From Escherichia coli (GTDB lineage: Bacteria; Pseudomonadota; Gammaproteobacteria; Enterobacterales; Enterobacteriaceae): a stretch of 64,000 bases of DNA. Position 1 is the stretch's first letter. Each line of letters starts with the position of its first letter. The DNA lies in assembly GCF_041886205.1 (NCBI RefSeq), contig NZ_CP169029.1; one strand, given 5' to 3'. Positions 9,059 through 25,794 of this stretch are shown in pieces. A program made the position numbers and the translations under genes. Under the pieces are notes generated by a model. The model did not search any database and was not told where the DNA came from. It worked only from the letters and a program-made list of their open reading frames with translations.

Positions 9059-11500
9059 TCACTCTGCCACTTTTTTCTTCGCCGCACGCTTCGCTTTGGT
9101 CGCTGCAGCTATTTTCTGCGTTTTCGCCGATGGCTTTTTCGCTTTTCTCGCGTCTTTCTTCGCCGCTTTCGGCTTCGTTTTTTTCTCACCGCGGAAGGCG
9201 CTGTCTGGCTCAAAGTTTACCTTTTTACCGACCTGACGACGCTTGCCGCCTTTTTTACCTGCATCGCCTTTTTTCGCTTTCTCGCGCGCCGTTTTACCGA
9301 CGTTGCGCGGTGCGCGTTCGCTGGAGATCAGGCTAAAGTCGATTTTGCGCTCGTCCATATTAACCGCTTCGACGCGAACTTCCACGCGATCGCCCAGGCG
9401 ATAAGTCTGGCCGCTGGATTCCCCCATCAGGCGTTGCCCCACCTGGTCAAAGCGATAGTAGTCATTGTCCAGCGAAGAGACATGGACCAGACCATCAATG
9501 AACAAGTCGTCCAGACGGACGAAGAAGCCAAAGCCAGTGACGCTGGAAATTACGCCTTTAAAGACGTTACCTACCTGGTCGAGCATGAAGTCACACTTCA
9601 GCCAGTCAGCCACATCGCGCGTTGCTTCGTCGGCACGACGTTCCGCCATCGAACAGTGCTGACCCAGTTGCAGCATCTCTTCCATCGAATAATGGTAGCC
9701 GCCGGTTTCAGTGGTGTTGCCCTGATGCCCCTGCTCTTTCGCCAGCAGATATTTAATGGCGCGGTGCAGCGTCAGGTCTGGATAACGACGAATCGGCGAA
9801 GTAAAGTGCGCATAGGACTGCAATGCCAGGCCAAAGTGACCACGGTTTTCTGGATCGTAAATCGCCTGTTTCATCGAGCGCAGCAGCATGGTTTGCAGCA
9901 TTTCTGCATCAGGACGATCGGCAACCGACTCCAGCAGCTCCGCGTAGTCACGCGGTTCCGGCTTGTTACCGCCCGGCAGTTCCAGCCCCAGCTCCGCCAG
10001 CACTGAACGGAAAGAGGTAATCGCTTCGGTGCTCGGCTTGTCGTGAATACGGAACAGTGCCGGTTCTTTCGCTTTCTCAACGAAACGCGCCGCCGAGATA
10101 TTCGCCAGAATCATGCACTCTTCAATTAATTTGTGCGCGTCGTTACGCTGAGTCTGTTCGATACGTTCAATACGGCGTTCAGCGTTGAAAATGAACTTCG
10201 CTTCTTCGCTCTCAAATGAGATCCCACCGCGTTCTTCACGGGCTTTATCCAGCACTTTATAGAGGTTATGCAACTCTTCGAGATGCTTAACCAGCGGGGC
10301 GTACTGCTCGCGCAGATCCTGATCGCCCTGCAGAATATGCCAGACTTTGGTGTAGGTCAGACGCGCGTGAGAGCTCATCACCGCTTCGTAGAATTTGTAG
10401 CCCGTCAGGCGGCCTTTCGACGAAACCGTCATCTCGCACACCATACACAGGCGGTCTACCTGCGGGTTGAGCGAACACAGGCCGTTAGAGAGCACTTCCG
10501 GCAGCATCGGGATAACCTGCGAAGGGAAGTACACCGACGTGCCACGGTTACGCGCTTCTCTGTCCAGCGGCGTTGACGGACGCACATAGTAGCTGACGTC
10601 GGCAATCGCGACCCATAAACGCCAGCCGCCGCCGCGTTTTTTCTCGCAGTAAACTGCATCGTCAAAGTCACGGGCGTCTTCGCCATCAATGGTGACCAGC
10701 GGTAAATAGCGCAGATCAACACGGCCCGCTTTTGCTTCTTCCGGCACTTCTTCTTTCAGCCCGGCAACCTGTTGCTCAACAGCCTGCGGCCAGATGTACG
10801 GAATTTCATGGGTACGCAGAGCGATATCAACCGCCATGCCGGTGCCCATATTGTCGCCCAGCACTTCGACGATTTTACCCACCGCTTTGGTGCGGCGAGT
10901 CGGACGCTGAGTCAGTTCGACTACGACCACAAAGCCCATCCGCGCGCCCATGATCTGATCGGGCGGGATTAAGATATCGAAGCTCAGACGGCTGTCGTCA
11001 GGAACCACAAAGCCGACGCCCGCTTCGGTAAAGTAGCGACCAACAATCTGGCTGGTTTTTGGCACCAGTACGCGGACAATACGCGCTTCACGACGACCTT
11101 TACGGTCAGCACCCAGCGGCTGAGCCAGCACCTGATCGCCATGAATGCAGGTTTTCATCTGCTCGCTGGAGAGATACAAATCATCTTTACGCCCTTCAAC
11201 CCGTAGAAAGCCGTAGCCATCACGGTGGCCAATAACGGTACCTTTCACCAGGTCGAGGCGTTCCGGCAGCGCATAGCACTGACGACGAGTGAAGACCAGT
11301 TGACCATCGCGCTCCATCGCGCGCAGGCGGCGACGCAGGCCTTCAAGCTGCTCTTCGCCTTCAATGTGCAGTTCTACCGCCAGCTCATCACGGCTGGCCG
11401 GTTTTTCACGTTTGGTTAAATGTTCGAGGATAAATTCCCGACTAGGGATGGGATTCGCGTATTTTTCAGCTTCGCGTTCCTGGAAAGGATCTTGTGACAT
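9059..11500 (-). CDS. rnr: ribonuclease R
   Basis: Track ORF 827 aa trimmed to [10 protein letters not shown] start (813 aa); lysine-rich C-terminal tail typical of RNase R. Confidence 0.9.
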   Translation of the reverse strand: MSQDPFQEREAEKYANPIPSREFILEHLTKREKPASRDELAVELHIEGEEQLEGLRRRLRAMERDGQLVFTRRQCYALPERLDLVKGTVIGHRDGYGFLRVEGRKDDLYLSSEQMKTCIHGDQVLAQPLGADRKGRREARIVRVLVPKTSQIVGRYFTEAGVGFVVPDDSRLSFDILIPPDQIMGARMGFVVVVELTQRPTRRTKAVGKIVEVLGDNMGTGMAVDIALRTHEIPYIWPQAVEQQVAGLKEEVPEEAKAGRVDLRYLPLVTIDGEDARDFDDAVYCEKKRGGGWRLWVAIADVSYYVRPSTPLDREARNRGTSVYFPSQVIPMLPEVLSNGLCSLNPQVDRLCMVCEMTVSSKGRLTGYKFYEAVMSSHARLTYTKVWHILQGDQDLREQYAPLVKHLEELHNLYKVLDKAREERGGISFESEEAKFIFNAERRIERIEQTQRNDAHKLIEECMILANISAARFVEKAKEPALFRIHDKPSTEAITSFRSVLAELGLELPGGNKPEPRDYAELLESVADRPDAEMLQTMLLRSMKQAIYDPENRGHFGLALQSYAHFTSPIRRYPDLTLHRAIKYLLAKEQGHQGNTTETGGYHYSMEEMLQLGQHCSMAERRADEATRDVADWLKCDFMLDQVGNVFKGVISSVTGFGFFVRLDDLFIDGLVHVSSLDNDYYRFDQVGQRLMGESSGQTYRLGDRVEVRVEAVNMDERKIDFSLISSERAPRNVGKTAREKAKKGDAGKKGGKRRQVGKKVNFEPDSAFRGEKKTKPKAAKKDARKAKKPSAKTQKIAAATKAKRAAKKKVAE

Positions 11501-11538
11501 CTCGGTTCCTCCGTTGTCATCTCTGATGAAGATTTTCG

Positions 11539-11964
11539 TCACTCCACCAGCAATAATTTATAAAGCGGTTGATTCTCTTCAACCAAATCGGCAAGCGTGT
11601 AGTTATCCAGTTCCGTAAGAAAACTTTGCACGGCCTTAGAAAGTGCCTGTTTCAACCTACAGGCAGGTGTAATGTGGCAAAACTCACTGCTGCAATTCAC
11701 CAGCGATAAGGGCTCCAGCTCGCGCACCACATCACCAATACGTATCGCACTCGCCGGTTTACCCAGGCGAATGCCGCCATTTTTTCCACGAACAGCAGTC
11801 ACGTAGCCGGCACGACTAAGTTGATTGATTATTTTGACCATATGATTACGGGAGACGCCGTAGACGTCAGTCACTTCAGAAATACTGGTCATCCGCCCTT
11901 CTGGCAATGACGCCATGTAGATCAGCGCACGTAATCCGTAATCAGTGAAACTCGTTAACTGCAC
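11539..11964 (-). CDS. nsrR: nitric-oxide-sensing Rrf2-family repressor NsrR
   Basis: 141 aa ORF matching NsrR. Confidence 0.9.
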
Positions 11965-12168
11965 ATCAACCTCAAAAGGGAAATCGGGAAAAAATACATT
12001 TATATTGATGATAAACCAGCCACAAGCTGTGTCGCTAATTTATTTCAGTTCGGGGAAGGAAAAAAGCGAGGATTTAACACTGTGTCGGATAGCGTAATGG
12101 CTTACCCGACACAGCAATGTATCACACTGTTCGCCCGGCAGGCAAAATATCTGCCAGGCGTACCAGAA

Positions 12169-13470
<1,302 letters not shown>

Positions 13471-13570
13471 TCAAAATCACCGTTTGCTTAAAAATGGATT
13501 CTACCATCGCTTTTTCAGAGTTACAGCACTTTTTGCACTCAAAAATGACCTCGATCAGTCTGTTTTTTGT

Positions 13571-13768
13571 TCAGCCAATCGTTTTCCTCAACATGTAGTA
13601 GACCACAACGCCCGCAACCACAAGTCCACCGCCAAAACGACGTAAAATATTATCGGGCAAATTGGTCATCGCAGAGATCATCTTCTTCCATGCCTTCGGG
13701 TAAAGCATCGGCCCTAAACCTTCCAGTACCAAAACCAGGGCAAGCGCCAGCCAGATTGTCGAATTCAT
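13571..13768 (-). CDS. yjeT: DUF2065 small membrane protein YjeT
   Basis: 65 aa hydrophobic ORF between purA and hflC as in E. coli. Confidence 0.8.
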   Translation of the reverse strand: MNSTIWLALALVLVLEGLGPMLYPKAWKKMISAMTNLPDNILRRFGGGLVVAGVVVYYMLRKTIG

Positions 13769-13849
13769 TCATTATCCTTATAGAAAAAGAAAACCACCGA
13801 CATCCCTGAGGATGCGGTGGCTTTATTGACCTGTACCGCAGTCGTTATA

Positions 13850-14854
13850 TTAACGCGTTGCGGAAGTCGGCGTCTTCATGTAGCGGAAGAAATCGCTATC
13901 CGGGCTCATGACCATCACGTCCTGATTGCCAGAGAAGCTGTTCTCATAAGCACGCAGGCTACGGATGAATGCGTAGAAGTCCGGATCTTTACTGAATGCA
14001 TCAGCAAACAGTTTGGCTGCTTCGGCATCGCCTTCACCACGCATGATGCGGCCCTGACGCTCAGCTTCTGCCAGCGTTCTGGTCACTTCATAGTCGGCAG
14101 TCGCGCGCAGTTTTTCCGCTTCTTCCTGACCTTGTGAACGGTGACGACGCGCTACCGCTTCACGCTCGGCGCGCATACGGTTGTAGATCGCTTCAGACAC
14201 TTCGGTCGGCAGGTTGATCTGCTTGATACGCACATCGACAACTTCAATACCCAGCGCCGCCATACTGTTCGGGTTGATGACCGGAACTTTGCCCTTCGTC
14301 TCAGCCGTTACGCGCTCTGCCGCTTCGGCAATGGCGTTATCTGCCGCCGGGGTAGTAACTTCATCTTCTGTACCCGCAGAACCGGAGTTCAGCGCGTCAC
14401 GTACTTCGAGGGTCAGACGACCACGGGAATCGGTGACGATATCTTTCACGTCCAGACGACCAATTTCAGAACGCAGACGGTCAGAGAACTTACGTTTCAA
14501 CAGCACTTCCGCTTGCGAAATGTCGCCACCACCCGTTGCCAGGTAGTAACGGCTGAAATCGCTGATGCGCCATTTGATGTAAGAGTCGACGATCAGGTCT
14601 TTCTTCTCTTTGGTCACAAAGCGGTCGGCCTGGTTGTCCATGGTCTGAATACGTGCGTCGAGCATTTTCACCGTTTCAATGAACGGTATCTTGAAATGCA
14701 GACCCGGCTCATAAACCAGAGGTTTGTTGTCATCGTCACGCAGTACCTTACCAAAACGCAGCGTAATACCGCGCTCACCTTCTTTGACGACAAAGACAGA
14801 CATGTAAAGCACTACCAGCACGATGATGATAATCGCGATAACTGACTTACGCAT
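13850..14854 (-). CDS. hflC: FtsH protease modulator HflC
   Basis: 334 aa ORF matching HflC (SPFH/band-7 family). Confidence 0.95.
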   Translation of the reverse strand: MRKSVIAIIIIVLVVLYMSVFVVKEGERGITLRFGKVLRDDDNKPLVYEPGLHFKIPFIETVKMLDARIQTMDNQADRFVTKEKKDLIVDSYIKWRISDFSRYYLATGGGDISQAEVLLKRKFSDRLRSEIGRLDVKDIVTDSRGRLTLEVRDALNSGSAGTEDEVTTPAADNAIAEAAERVTAETKGKVPVINPNSMAALGIEVVDVRIKQINLPTEVSEAIYNRMRAEREAVARRHRSQGQEEAEKLRATADYEVTRTLAEAERQGRIMRGEGDAEAAKLFADAFSKDPDFYAFIRSLRAYENSFSGNQDVMVMSPDSDFFRYMKTPTSATR

Positions 14855-14856
14855 CG

Positions 14857-16116
14857 TTATTCCCCCTGACGCTGGTAGTCGTTACGCTGCGCGTTGGCGC
14901 GGCGTTGGTCCATAATATCGCCCTGACTGGTGGACGACGTGTTGCTTGCTCCACTGGTTGTGGAGGAAGAGGCTGGCGGCAGACGCAGCAGATTGCTGGC
15001 ACCGTTATCGCTCTTCGCCGCAGGGGCGTTACCACCTTTCAGCATCTGGTCTAACGGCAGAACCATCAGGTTGCCACCTTTATCGTTAACCAGCACTTTG
15101 CGGGTGTTACCCAACACTTTTTCCATCGTCTCGATATACAGACGCTCGCGAGTAATTTCCGGCGCGGCTTTATATTCCGGCAGAAGTTTAGCAAAGCGCG
15201 CCACTTCACCCTGAGCTTCCAGGATGGTCTGGGCCTTGTACGCACGCGCCTCTTCGAGGATACGTTGCGCCTGACCGTTCGCACGCGGCTGAACTTCGTT
15301 GGTATACGCTTCTGCTTCACGAATGTATTGCTGTTCGTTTTCACGCGCGGCAATCGCATCGTCAAACGCCGCTTTTACTTCTTCCGGCGGACGAGCAGCC
15401 TGGAAGTTGACGTCCAGCAGCGTGATACCCATGTCATACGGACGAATCGTCTCTTCCAGTTCGCGCTGAGTATCGCTACGAATCACGGTACGACCTTCCG
15501 TCAGAATGCGGTCCATGGTGTATTTACCGATAACTCCACGCAGGGCGCTGTCGGTAGCCTGACGCAGGCTGTCATCCGGGCTGGTCACGCTATACAGATA
15601 TTTTTCCGGATTGGTGACGCGGTACTGCACGTTCATCTCAACGCGCACTACGTTCTCGTCCGACGTCAGCATCACACCAGAAGCGGCCAGTTCACGCACG
15701 GCTTCCACGTTCACCGGTTTGACTTCGTCGATAAACGTCGGTTTCCAGTTCAGACCCGGCTCAACCAGATGGCTGAATTTACCAAAGCGTGTTACCACGC
15801 CGCGTTCGGCTTCTTTAATGGTATAGAAACCACTGGCCGCCCAGATAATGACAATCGCTGCCGCTGCGATGGTAACGACACGACCGCCAAGCTGCGGGCG
15901 CGGGCCTTGCGATGAACTGCCACCGCCAGATCCGGTGCCTTTACCGCCGCCCAGACCACCGAGCTTTTTACTCAGTTTGCGGAAGATATCATCTAAATCA
16001 GGTGGCCCTTGATCGCGACCGCCTTTGTTTCCATTTCCCTCAGAGTTGCCGCCAGGTTTGCTGCTTCCCCACGGGTCGCGGTCTTGTCCGTTATTACCGG
16101 GCTGATTCCACGCCAT
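14857..16116 (-). CDS. hflK: FtsH protease modulator HflK
   Basis: 419 aa ORF matching HflK; Gly-rich N-terminus. Confidence 0.95.
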   Translation of the reverse strand: MAWNQPGNNGQDRDPWGSSKPGGNSEGNGNKGGRDQGPPDLDDIFRKLSKKLGGLGGGKGTGSGGGSSSQGPRPQLGGRVVTIAAAAIVIIWAASGFYTIKEAERGVVTRFGKFSHLVEPGLNWKPTFIDEVKPVNVEAVRELAASGVMLTSDENVVRVEMNVQYRVTNPEKYLYSVTSPDDSLRQATDSALRGVIGKYTMDRILTEGRTVIRSDTQRELEETIRPYDMGITLLDVNFQAARPPEEVKAAFDDAIAARENEQQYIREAEAYTNEVQPRANGQAQRILEEARAYKAQTILEAQGEVARFAKLLPEYKAAPEITRERLYIETMEKVLGNTRKVLVNDKGGNLMVLPLDQMLKGGNAPAAKSDNGASNLLRLPPASSSTTSGASNTSSTSQGDIMDQRRANAQRNDYQRQGE

Positions 16117-16201
16117 GTTTGTGCTCCATATTTGTTATGCGGTGATCCCTGTTGTCTTTCGACGCCAGAGGATATGACTCCACGCTTCAGACGCTACGCC
16201 G

Positions 16202-17482
16202 TTAGATCAGGTAATCGATCAACGCCGGTTCTTGTTTACAGAGGCGACGCCAGTCAACGATCGGCATACGAACTTGCAGACTTACGCTGCCGTCCTCCTC
16301 CATCCACTCTTTTTCTATTGCCTGAAGCTGATAAAAACGACTTCTCAGACGCCCTTCCTGCGGTGGCAGACGCAATGTATGCTGCGCCACCTCGCCGGAA
16401 AGCCGCTCCGTCAAAGCCTGAAAAAGCTGTGGTATCCCCGCTCCGGTCTGTGCGGAAAGCCAGACACGGATCGGTTTGTTCTCTTCGTCCCGATCAATAC
16501 GCGGTTCGAAATCTTCCAGCATATCGATCTTGTTCATCACCAGCAGGGTTGGGATCTCGTGAGCGTCGATCTCTTCAAGAACCGTATTCACCGCTTCGAT
16601 GTTTTCTTGTACACGCACATCCGCCGCATCAATGACATGCAGCAGTAATGTGGCTTGCCGCGTCTCTTGTAACGTGGCTTTAAATGCTGCCACCAGATCG
16701 TGCGGCAGGTGGCGAATAAACCCTACGGTATCTGCAAGTACGGTTTCACCGACATCTGCAACGTCAATACGCCGCAACGTCGGGTCGAGAGTGGCAAACA
16801 ACTGGTCTGCCGCGTAGACCCGCGCTTCGGTGATGCGATTGAAAAGGGTAGATTTACCGGCGTTGGTATATCCCACCAGCGAAACAGTAGGAACGTCGGC
16901 TTTGATACGCGATTGCCGCCCCTGCTCACGCTGCTTTTCAACTCTTTCCAGGCGTGACTGTATCTGCACGATGCGATTACGCAACAAACGACGGTCGGTT
17001 TCGAGCTGGGTTTCACCCGGACCACGCAAACCTATCCCGCCTTTCTGTCTTTCAAGGTGGGTCCAGCCACGCACCAGGCGCGTAGCCAGATGGCGCAGCT
17101 GCGCCAGCTCAACCTGCAACTTACCCTCATGGGTACGCGCACGTTGGGCGAAAATATCTAAAATAAGGCCGGTGCGGTCGATAACACGACACTCGCACAA
17201 ACGCTCCAGGTTACGCTCCTGCGCCGGGCTCAGGGCATGGTCAAAAAGAACGACCGAAGCTCCCGTCGCTTTTACGGCTTCCGCAATTTCAACTGCTTTA
17301 CCTTCACCTACAAAATACTTCGGGTGCGGCGCTTTACGGCTACCGGTAATCACCTGCAATGCTTCGACACCGGCGGAAGAGACCAGAGATTCAAACTCCT
17401 GGAGGTCTTCCATATCTTTGTCTTGCGTAAAATAGATGTGTACCAGTACCGCCTGCTCACCAGCATCATAACGGTCAAACAA
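16202..17482 (-). CDS. hflX: GTPase HflX
   Basis: 426 aa ORF with G1 motif GYTNAGKST. Confidence 0.95.
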   Translation of the reverse strand: MFDRYDAGEQAVLVHIYFTQDKDMEDLQEFESLVSSAGVEALQVITGSRKAPHPKYFVGEGKAVEIAEAVKATGASVVLFDHALSPAQERNLERLCECRVIDRTGLILDIFAQRARTHEGKLQVELAQLRHLATRLVRGWTHLERQKGGIGLRGPGETQLETDRRLLRNRIVQIQSRLERVEKQREQGRQSRIKADVPTVSLVGYTNAGKSTLFNRITEARVYAADQLFATLDPTLRRIDVADVGETVLADTVGFIRHLPHDLVAAFKATLQETRQATLLLHVIDAADVRVQENIEAVNTVLEEIDAHEIPTLLVMNKIDMLEDFEPRIDRDEENKPIRVWLSAQTGAGIPQLFQALTERLSGEVAQHTLRLPPQEGRLRSRFYQLQAIEKEWMEEDGSVSLQVRMPIVDWRRLCKQEPALIDYLI

Positions 17483-17557
17483 GCGTATAACCCTCTAAAT
17501 AGATCAGCGGGGAACGCAGGATCGCTGGCTCCCCGTGTAAAAAAACAGCCCGAAACC

Positions 17558-17878
<321 letters not shown>

Positions 17879-17951
17879 TTATATGCTTATTTGTACTTTG
17901 AACCTTTCGATTCTGAAAAAATTGCGCACGATACGTCTCAATTGTACACAT

Positions 17952-18902
17952 TCAGCCTGCGATAGCACCAACAACCTGTAATACTTCGTCACGCGCCTGT
18001 TCTGGTTTTTCACTGTCAAGCCAGTGAACCCCTTCCCAACCACGCAGCCAGGTTATCTGCCGCTTCGCCAACTGTCTCGTGGCGCAAATACCTCGATAAA
18101 CCATTTCATCGTATGAGATTTCGCCTTCAAGGTAAGACCACATCTGGCGATAACCCACGCAACGAATGGAAGGCAAGTCCGTATGCAAATCTCCTCGGGC
18201 AAAAAGCGCCCGGACTTCTGCTTCAAAACCTGAAGCCAACATCTGATGAAAACGCTGCTCAATGCGTTGATGGAGCAGTTCACGGCTCGCCGGGGCGATG
18301 GCGAACTGATGCACCTGATACGGTAGAGCGTCTCCTGACGTTTGCGTCAGTTCCGTTAAAGTTTTACCCGAAATGAAAAAAACTTCCAGTGCCCGGGAAA
18401 GCCTTTGTGGATCATTTGGATGAATCCTTGCTGCCGCAACCGGATCGATCTCCTGAAGTTGACGATGCAATGACTCCCAACCTTGCTCTGCCGCCTGTTG
18501 CTCAATTCTGGCCCGTACTTCCGGGTCTGCCGACGGTAGCGGCGACAACCCTTCCAGCAATGCCTTGAAATACAACATCGTACCGCCCACTAACAGTGGG
18601 ATCCGCCCCGCCGCGGTGATATCGGCCATTTCCGCCAGCGCATCGCGGCGAAAATCAGCAGCCGAGTAAGCCTGCGACGGATCGCGAATATCCAGCAATC
18701 GGTGCGGCGCGGCGAGTAACTCTTCAGCGTTCGGCTTCGCCGTCCCGATATCCATCCCTTTGTAAATAAGGGCAGAATCAACGCTTATCAACTCTACTGG
18801 TAAAATTTTACGCAGCTCAATGGCTAACGCCGTTTTACCGGAGGCCGTCGGCCCCATCAAAAAAATCGCCTTAGGCAGGCTCGCCTTACTGATATCACTC
18901 AT
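17952..18902 (-). CDS. miaA: tRNA dimethylallyltransferase MiaA
   Basis: 316 aa ORF with P-loop GPTASGKT. Confidence 0.95.
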   Translation of the reverse strand: MSDISKASLPKAIFLMGPTASGKTALAIELRKILPVELISVDSALIYKGMDIGTAKPNAEELLAAPHRLLDIRDPSQAYSAADFRRDALAEMADITAAGRIPLLVGGTMLYFKALLEGLSPLPSADPEVRARIEQQAAEQGWESLHRQLQEIDPVAAARIHPNDPQRLSRALEVFFISGKTLTELTQTSGDALPYQVHQFAIAPASRELLHQRIEQRFHQMLASGFEAEVRALFARGDLHTDLPSIRCVGYRQMWSYLEGEISYDEMVYRGICATRQLAKRQITWLRGWEGVHWLDSEKPEQARDEVLQVVGAIAG

Positions 18903-20742
18903 CTTTCAGGGCTTTTATCGCCGGATGTAAATCAACAGATTGTAACAGACCACCCGGCGGCGTTTTCACAAGTTGCGGACATAACCGTTCCACGTCCGCC
19001 AGCAGGGTTATGGCCTGTGCCATTGACCACTGCGCATGTTCGCTCATCAGATTTCGTGCAATCCACTGCGCAATATTGCCAGGTTCGAATACGGACTGCT
19101 TCGCCAGGTAGCCTATCAGTTCAGGAATCAAGATTTGTAAATTTTGTTGGCGTAAGGGTAAAGGCACGGCCCTGATGGTCACATGCTGCGCATCGGACTG
19201 AAATTCAATACCCAATTCCGCCAGGGCAGACTGCGCTTTTTCTAATGCCGATTTTTCTTCGCCAGAAACTTTTAGCCGCAACGGAATCAGCAACGGCTGG
19301 GCGCAAACGGGCGCTTCACCCGGCGTCAATTGTGCCTGACGCAGCCAACGTTCTGCCACTGGCAAGGCTAAAAGTGAAATGTTGCCGTCGCGCTCCAGCA
19401 ACGCACAGTCGGAATGGACGATAGTCAGTACCCGACCAAAACTCTGACTGTTCGCCGCAAGTGCAGGTTCCTGCGGTTCTGGCGCTTTTGGTTTTTGCAT
19501 CGGCGCGGGCGTTTGCAAAAGCTGGCGATACACTTCACCTTGCTGTTTCTGGTAACCTGGCTGCGCATTCGGCCAGGGGGCAGCCGGACGACTGCCTGAT
19601 GCTGGCGCAGGAGTGTAGCGCGGAGCTACTGGCTCACAAACTGCCGGTTCAGCAAAGTGATTGCGCCCCGCCGCCACGCGGTTTTCCGGAATGGTACGCG
19701 GTGCAGGTTGTGGTTCATCGTCCAGCGGTAGCGGCGTTTCCAGTTGCTGTTGTAGCACGCTCAGCACGCCCTGATAGATAAAGTCATGCACCAGACGCGA
19801 CTGATGGAAACGCACTTCGTGTTTGGCGGGGTGTACGTTGACGTCCACCTGATGCGGGTCGATCTCCAGATACAACACAAACGCCGGTTGTTGATCGGCC
19901 CCCAGTTTGTCTTCACAGGCCTGGCGGATCGCATGATTGATCAGGCGATCGCGCATCATGCGACCATTCACGTAGCAATACTGAATTTCTGCCAGGGCGG
20001 GCGTGGTGTGATTCGGATCGGCCACCCAGCCGCGCAGCGTGAGATCGCCGTGTTGCCATTCAATCGCCAGCGCTTGTTCGAGAAAAGCGGTGCCACAAAT
20101 CGCGCCTAAGCGCCGTTCTTTTTGCCCGCCTTCCGGCACCGCGCGGTACTGGCGTACGATTTTGCCGTTATGCGACAGGTTGATCGTGACGTCGAAACGC
20201 GCCAGTGCGATGCGGCGGATGATTTCATCGATATGGTTAAATTCGGTTTTCTCGGTGCGCAGGAATTTGCGCCGCGCCGGGGTGTTGTAGAACAGGTCCA
20301 GTACCTCCAGCGTCGTTCCCACCGGATGCGCCGCCGGTTTAACCGTCACGTCCATATCGCGCCCTTCGGCATAGGCCTGCCAGGCTTCCTGCTGTTCTGC
20401 GGTGCGTGAAGTGAGCGTCAGGCGGGAAACCGAACTGATACTCGCCAGCGCCTCACCGCGAAAGCCCAGGCTGATAATGGCTTCGAGATCGTCCAGAGAG
20501 GCGATTTTACTGGTGGCATGACGAGCCAGCGCCAGCGCCAGCTCATCTTTTTTGATACCGCAGCCGTTATCACGAATGCGGATAAGTTTCGCCCCACCGC
20601 GTTCGATATCAATATCGATACGCGTCGCACCTGCATCGAGGCTGTTTTCCACCAGTTCTTTGACTACCGACGCAGGTCGCTCGACCACCTCACCTGCGGC
20701 AATCTGGTTCGCCAGTTGTGGCGGTAAGACCTGAATTGGCAT
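18895..20742 (-). CDS. mutL: DNA mismatch repair protein MutL
   Basis: Track ORF 616 aa trimmed by one codon to [23 protein letters not shown] (615 aa). Confidence 0.95.
   Translation of the reverse strand: MPIQVLPPQLANQIAAGEVVERPASVVKELVENSLDAGATRIDIDIERGGAKLIRIRDNGCGIKKDELALALARHATSKIASLDDLEAIISLGFRGEALASISSVSRLTLTSRTAEQQEAWQAYAEGRDMDVTVKPAAHPVGTTLEVLDLFYNTPARRKFLRTEKTEFNHIDEIIRRIALARFDVTINLSHNGKIVRQYRAVPEGGQKERRLGAICGTAFLEQALAIEWQHGDLTLRGWVADPNHTTPALAEIQYCYVNGRMMRDRLINHAIRQACEDKLGADQQPAFVLYLEIDPHQVDVNVHPAKHEVRFHQSRLVHDFIYQGVLSVLQQQLETPLPLDDEPQPAPRTIPENRVAAGRNHFAEPAVCEPVAPRYTPAPASGSRPAAPWPNAQPGYQKQQGEVYRQLLQTPAPMQKPKAPEPQEPALAANSQSFGRVLTIVHSDCALLERDGNISLLALPVAERWLRQAQLTPGEAPVCAQPLLIPLRLKVSGEEKSALEKAQSALAELGIEFQSDAQHVTIRAVPLPLRQQNLQILIPELIGYLAKQSVFEPGNIAQWIARNLMSEHAQWSMAQAITLLADVERLCPQLVKTPPGGLLQSVDLHPAIKALKDE
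20525..20542 (-). repeat. three tandem GCTGGC hexanucleotide units inside mutL (codons LALALA)
   Basis: Plus strand reads gccagcgccagcgccagc; positioned at MutL codons 69-74 by track arithmetic. Confidence 0.8.
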
Positions 20743-20751
20743 CAATCGTCC

Positions 20752-22089
20752 TTAGTTTGGCAGCGTGCGATCTGGCGTCGTCACCGTACTGGCCGTTTGT
20801 GCCGTTGCCCCCTGCGGCGCAGATTGCATCGGATGCGCAAGGAAATAATTGCGCAGGCCTTTGTAAATGGCTTCTGCCAGCTGTTGTTGGTAATCGTCGC
20901 TCGCCAGCAAACGTTCTTCGCTGTTGTTGCTGATAAAACCGGTTTCGACCAGTACTGATGGGATATCCGGCGAACGCAGAACGCCAAGGCTGGCATGTTC
21001 TGGCCGACGTTTATGTATTTCGCCAATGCGTTGCAACTGACTGATCATACTGGTCGCTACATCATACCCTACCCGCTGGGAATGACCGAACTGTAAATCC
21101 AGCACCGCCTGGCTTAAATAGGGGTCAGACTGACTGTTCGCCAGCACATCACCCGCCCCGCCCAGCAGCTCCGACTGTTTCTCGTGCTGCTCCAGCCAGC
21201 TGGCCATTTCGCTGTTGGCGCGACGGTTAGAGAGCACCCATACAGAAGCGCCAGTCGCACTGCGGTTCGGTGCGGCATCAGCGTGAATCGACACGAGGAA
21301 ATTGGCGTTTTGCTTACGTGCCACATCGCTGCGCCCCATCACCGAGATAAAGTAATCACCGTCACGGGTTAAAACGCCCTTAAACATCGGATCGTCATTG
21401 AGCAAAGTACGCAATTTACGCGCGATGGCGATGGTGACATTTTTCTCCCGCGTACCGCCGGGGCCGATAGCGCCAGGGTCCTGACCGCCGTGTCCGGCAT
21501 CAATAGCGATGATAATTTTATCGCCAGTGTTAGCCGTCGCGCGCGCAGCCGGTCGCGTTACCGTATTACTGCTGATAACACCCGTAGTGCGGTTACTTTC
21601 CGTTTTAAACGGATTGCGCGCCGGTTCGCTGACGCGCGGTGCGACAACCGTAGGCGTTTCAACGCGTTTCGCAACCACAGGCGGCGGAGGAGGCGGTGGC
21701 GGCGCATCGGCGTTAATCGTAAAGACGACAGTGTAATTGCTGCCATTCTGCCGCTTCACCGCTTCGGTTTTACCATTTTCGGTAAGATCGACCACCAGCC
21801 GTAGCGTTTGTGCATCTTTAGGCGTTCCGGAGCGAATCGCCTTCACCAGATTATTACCGCTGAACAACAACGGCAGTCCCTGAATCACGCCCGTTTGTTT
21901 GATATCGAGCGCCACGGTGCGTTTGCTTTGATGGCTAAACGCATAATCAGGATCGCCAATAAAACTCAACGTTATCCGCGCCTGTTGATTACCGTTAGAA
22001 ACCTGAATATCAGAGAGCGTCGCGGCACCCACCTGCGCGCACAGCAGCAGCAACGTCGCTACCAACCAATTTCTGATGCGATACATCAT
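20752..22089 (-). CDS. amiB: N-acetylmuramoyl-L-alanine amidase AmiB
   Basis: Track ORF trimmed to [10 protein letters not shown] start (445 aa); contains an 8-proline run. Confidence 0.9.
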   Translation of the reverse strand: MMYRIRNWLVATLLLLCAQVGAATLSDIQVSNGNQQARITLSFIGDPDYAFSHQSKRTVALDIKQTGVIQGLPLLFSGNNLVKAIRSGTPKDAQTLRLVVDLTENGKTEAVKRQNGSNYTVVFTINADAPPPPPPPPVVAKRVETPTVVAPRVSEPARNPFKTESNRTTGVISSNTVTRPAARATANTGDKIIIAIDAGHGGQDPGAIGPGGTREKNVTIAIARKLRTLLNDDPMFKGVLTRDGDYFISVMGRSDVARKQNANFLVSIHADAAPNRSATGASVWVLSNRRANSEMASWLEQHEKQSELLGGAGDVLANSQSDPYLSQAVLDLQFGHSQRVGYDVATSMISQLQRIGEIHKRRPEHASLGVLRSPDIPSVLVETGFISNNSEERLLASDDYQQQLAEAIYKGLRNYFLAHPMQSAPQGATAQTASTVTTPDRTLPN

Positions 22090-22107
22090 CCCGCCACCTT
22101 TCAAAGG

Positions 22108-24086
<1,979 letters not shown>

Positions 24087-24088
<2 letters not shown>

Positions 24089-25226
24089 GTCAGAGCCCCT
24101 CGATCTCAATCAGTTAGCGCAAAAAATTAAACAGTGGGGGCTGGAACTGGGCTTTCAGCAGGTAGGTATTACCGATACCGATCTCAGCGAGTCCGAGCCC
24201 AAACTGCAAGCATGGCTGGACAAACAATACCACGGCGAAATGGACTGGATGGCACGTCACGGTATGCTGCGCGCTCGCCCTCATGAGTTATTGCCCGGTA
24301 CGCTGCGCGTGATCAGCGTGCGGATGAATTACCTTCCTGCTAACGCCGCATTTGCCAGCACGCTGAAAAACCCCAAACTCGGCTATGTTAGCCGTTATGC
24401 GCTGGGCCGTGACTATCACAAACTTCTGCGCAACCGACTCAAAAAGCTGGGCGAGATGATTCAGCAACATTGTGTTTCGCTGAATTTTAGACCGTTTGTC
24501 GATTCTGCGCCTATTCTCGAGTGCCCGTTAGCTGAAAAAGCTGGGCTCGGCTGGACAGGTAAGCACTCACTTATCCTCAATCGCGAGGCCGGTTCGTTCT
24601 TCTTTTTAGGCGAATTGCTGGTCGATATTCCGCTGCCCGTGGATCAACCAGTCGAGGAAGGATGCGGTAAATGCGTGGCCTGTATGACTATTTGCCCGAC
24701 CGGTGCCATCGTCGAGCCATATACCGTCGATGCTCGCCGCTGTATCTCTTATCTCACCATCGAACTTGAAGGGGCGATCCCGGAAGAGTTGCGACCGTTA
24801 ATGGGAAACCGTATTTACGGTTGCGATGACTGCCAGCTTATCTGCCCGTGGAATCGCTATTCACAACTCACCACAGAAGAGGATTTCAGCCCGCGTAAGC
24901 CGCTACACGCACCGGAACTCATTGAGTTATTCGCCTGGAGCGAAGAGAAGTTTTTAAAAGTCACGGAAGGATCGGCGATTCGTCGTATTGGTCACCTGCG
25001 TTGGCTGCGTAATATCGCCGTAGCATTAGGCAATGCCCCTTGGGATGAAACGATTTTGACAGCGCTGGAAAGTCGTAAAGGTGAGCACCCACTTCTCGAT
25101 GAGCACATAGCGTGGGCGATTGCGCAGCAAATAGAGAGACGAAATGCGTGCATAGTCGAAGTGCAATTGCCGAAAAAACAGCGTCTGGTTCGGGTGATTG
25201 AAAAAGGGTTACCGCGTGACGCCTGA
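24087..25226 (+). CDS. queG: epoxyqueuosine reductase QueG
   Basis: Track ORF 415 aa trimmed to MSEPLDLNQL start (379 aa); 4Fe-4S Cys clusters CGKCVACMTICP and CDDCQLICP. Confidence 0.9.
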
Positions 25227-25495
25227 TTCATCCACAGCTTGTGAATAAAAATAAAAACGCATTGCAATTCAAGACGAATAAAATCGTCAAGTGATCGACT
25301 CGACAAAACGGAATCTTAATTTTTAACTTATCTATCAATAGGTTAAAAAAATACTATTCACCGTGCGAAGTTTCTTTGAAATTAAGATTACAGCCTGAGG
25401 CTGTGGATAACTCTGTTTACAAGAGTTTGTCAGAGACAACAAAAACCAGCAATAACGCATCGCGTCGCTGTGGATATTTTATTGAGAGAAGAATT

Positions 25496-25571
<76 letters not shown>

Positions 25572-25606
25572 TTGGGTGGTCTGTGCCTTACAGCACTTTC
25601 AAATTT

Positions 25607-25682
<76 letters not shown>

Positions 25683-25718
25683 TTGGGTGGTCTGTGCTTT
25701 GTAGCACTTTTCAAATTT

Positions 25719-25794
<76 letters not shown>

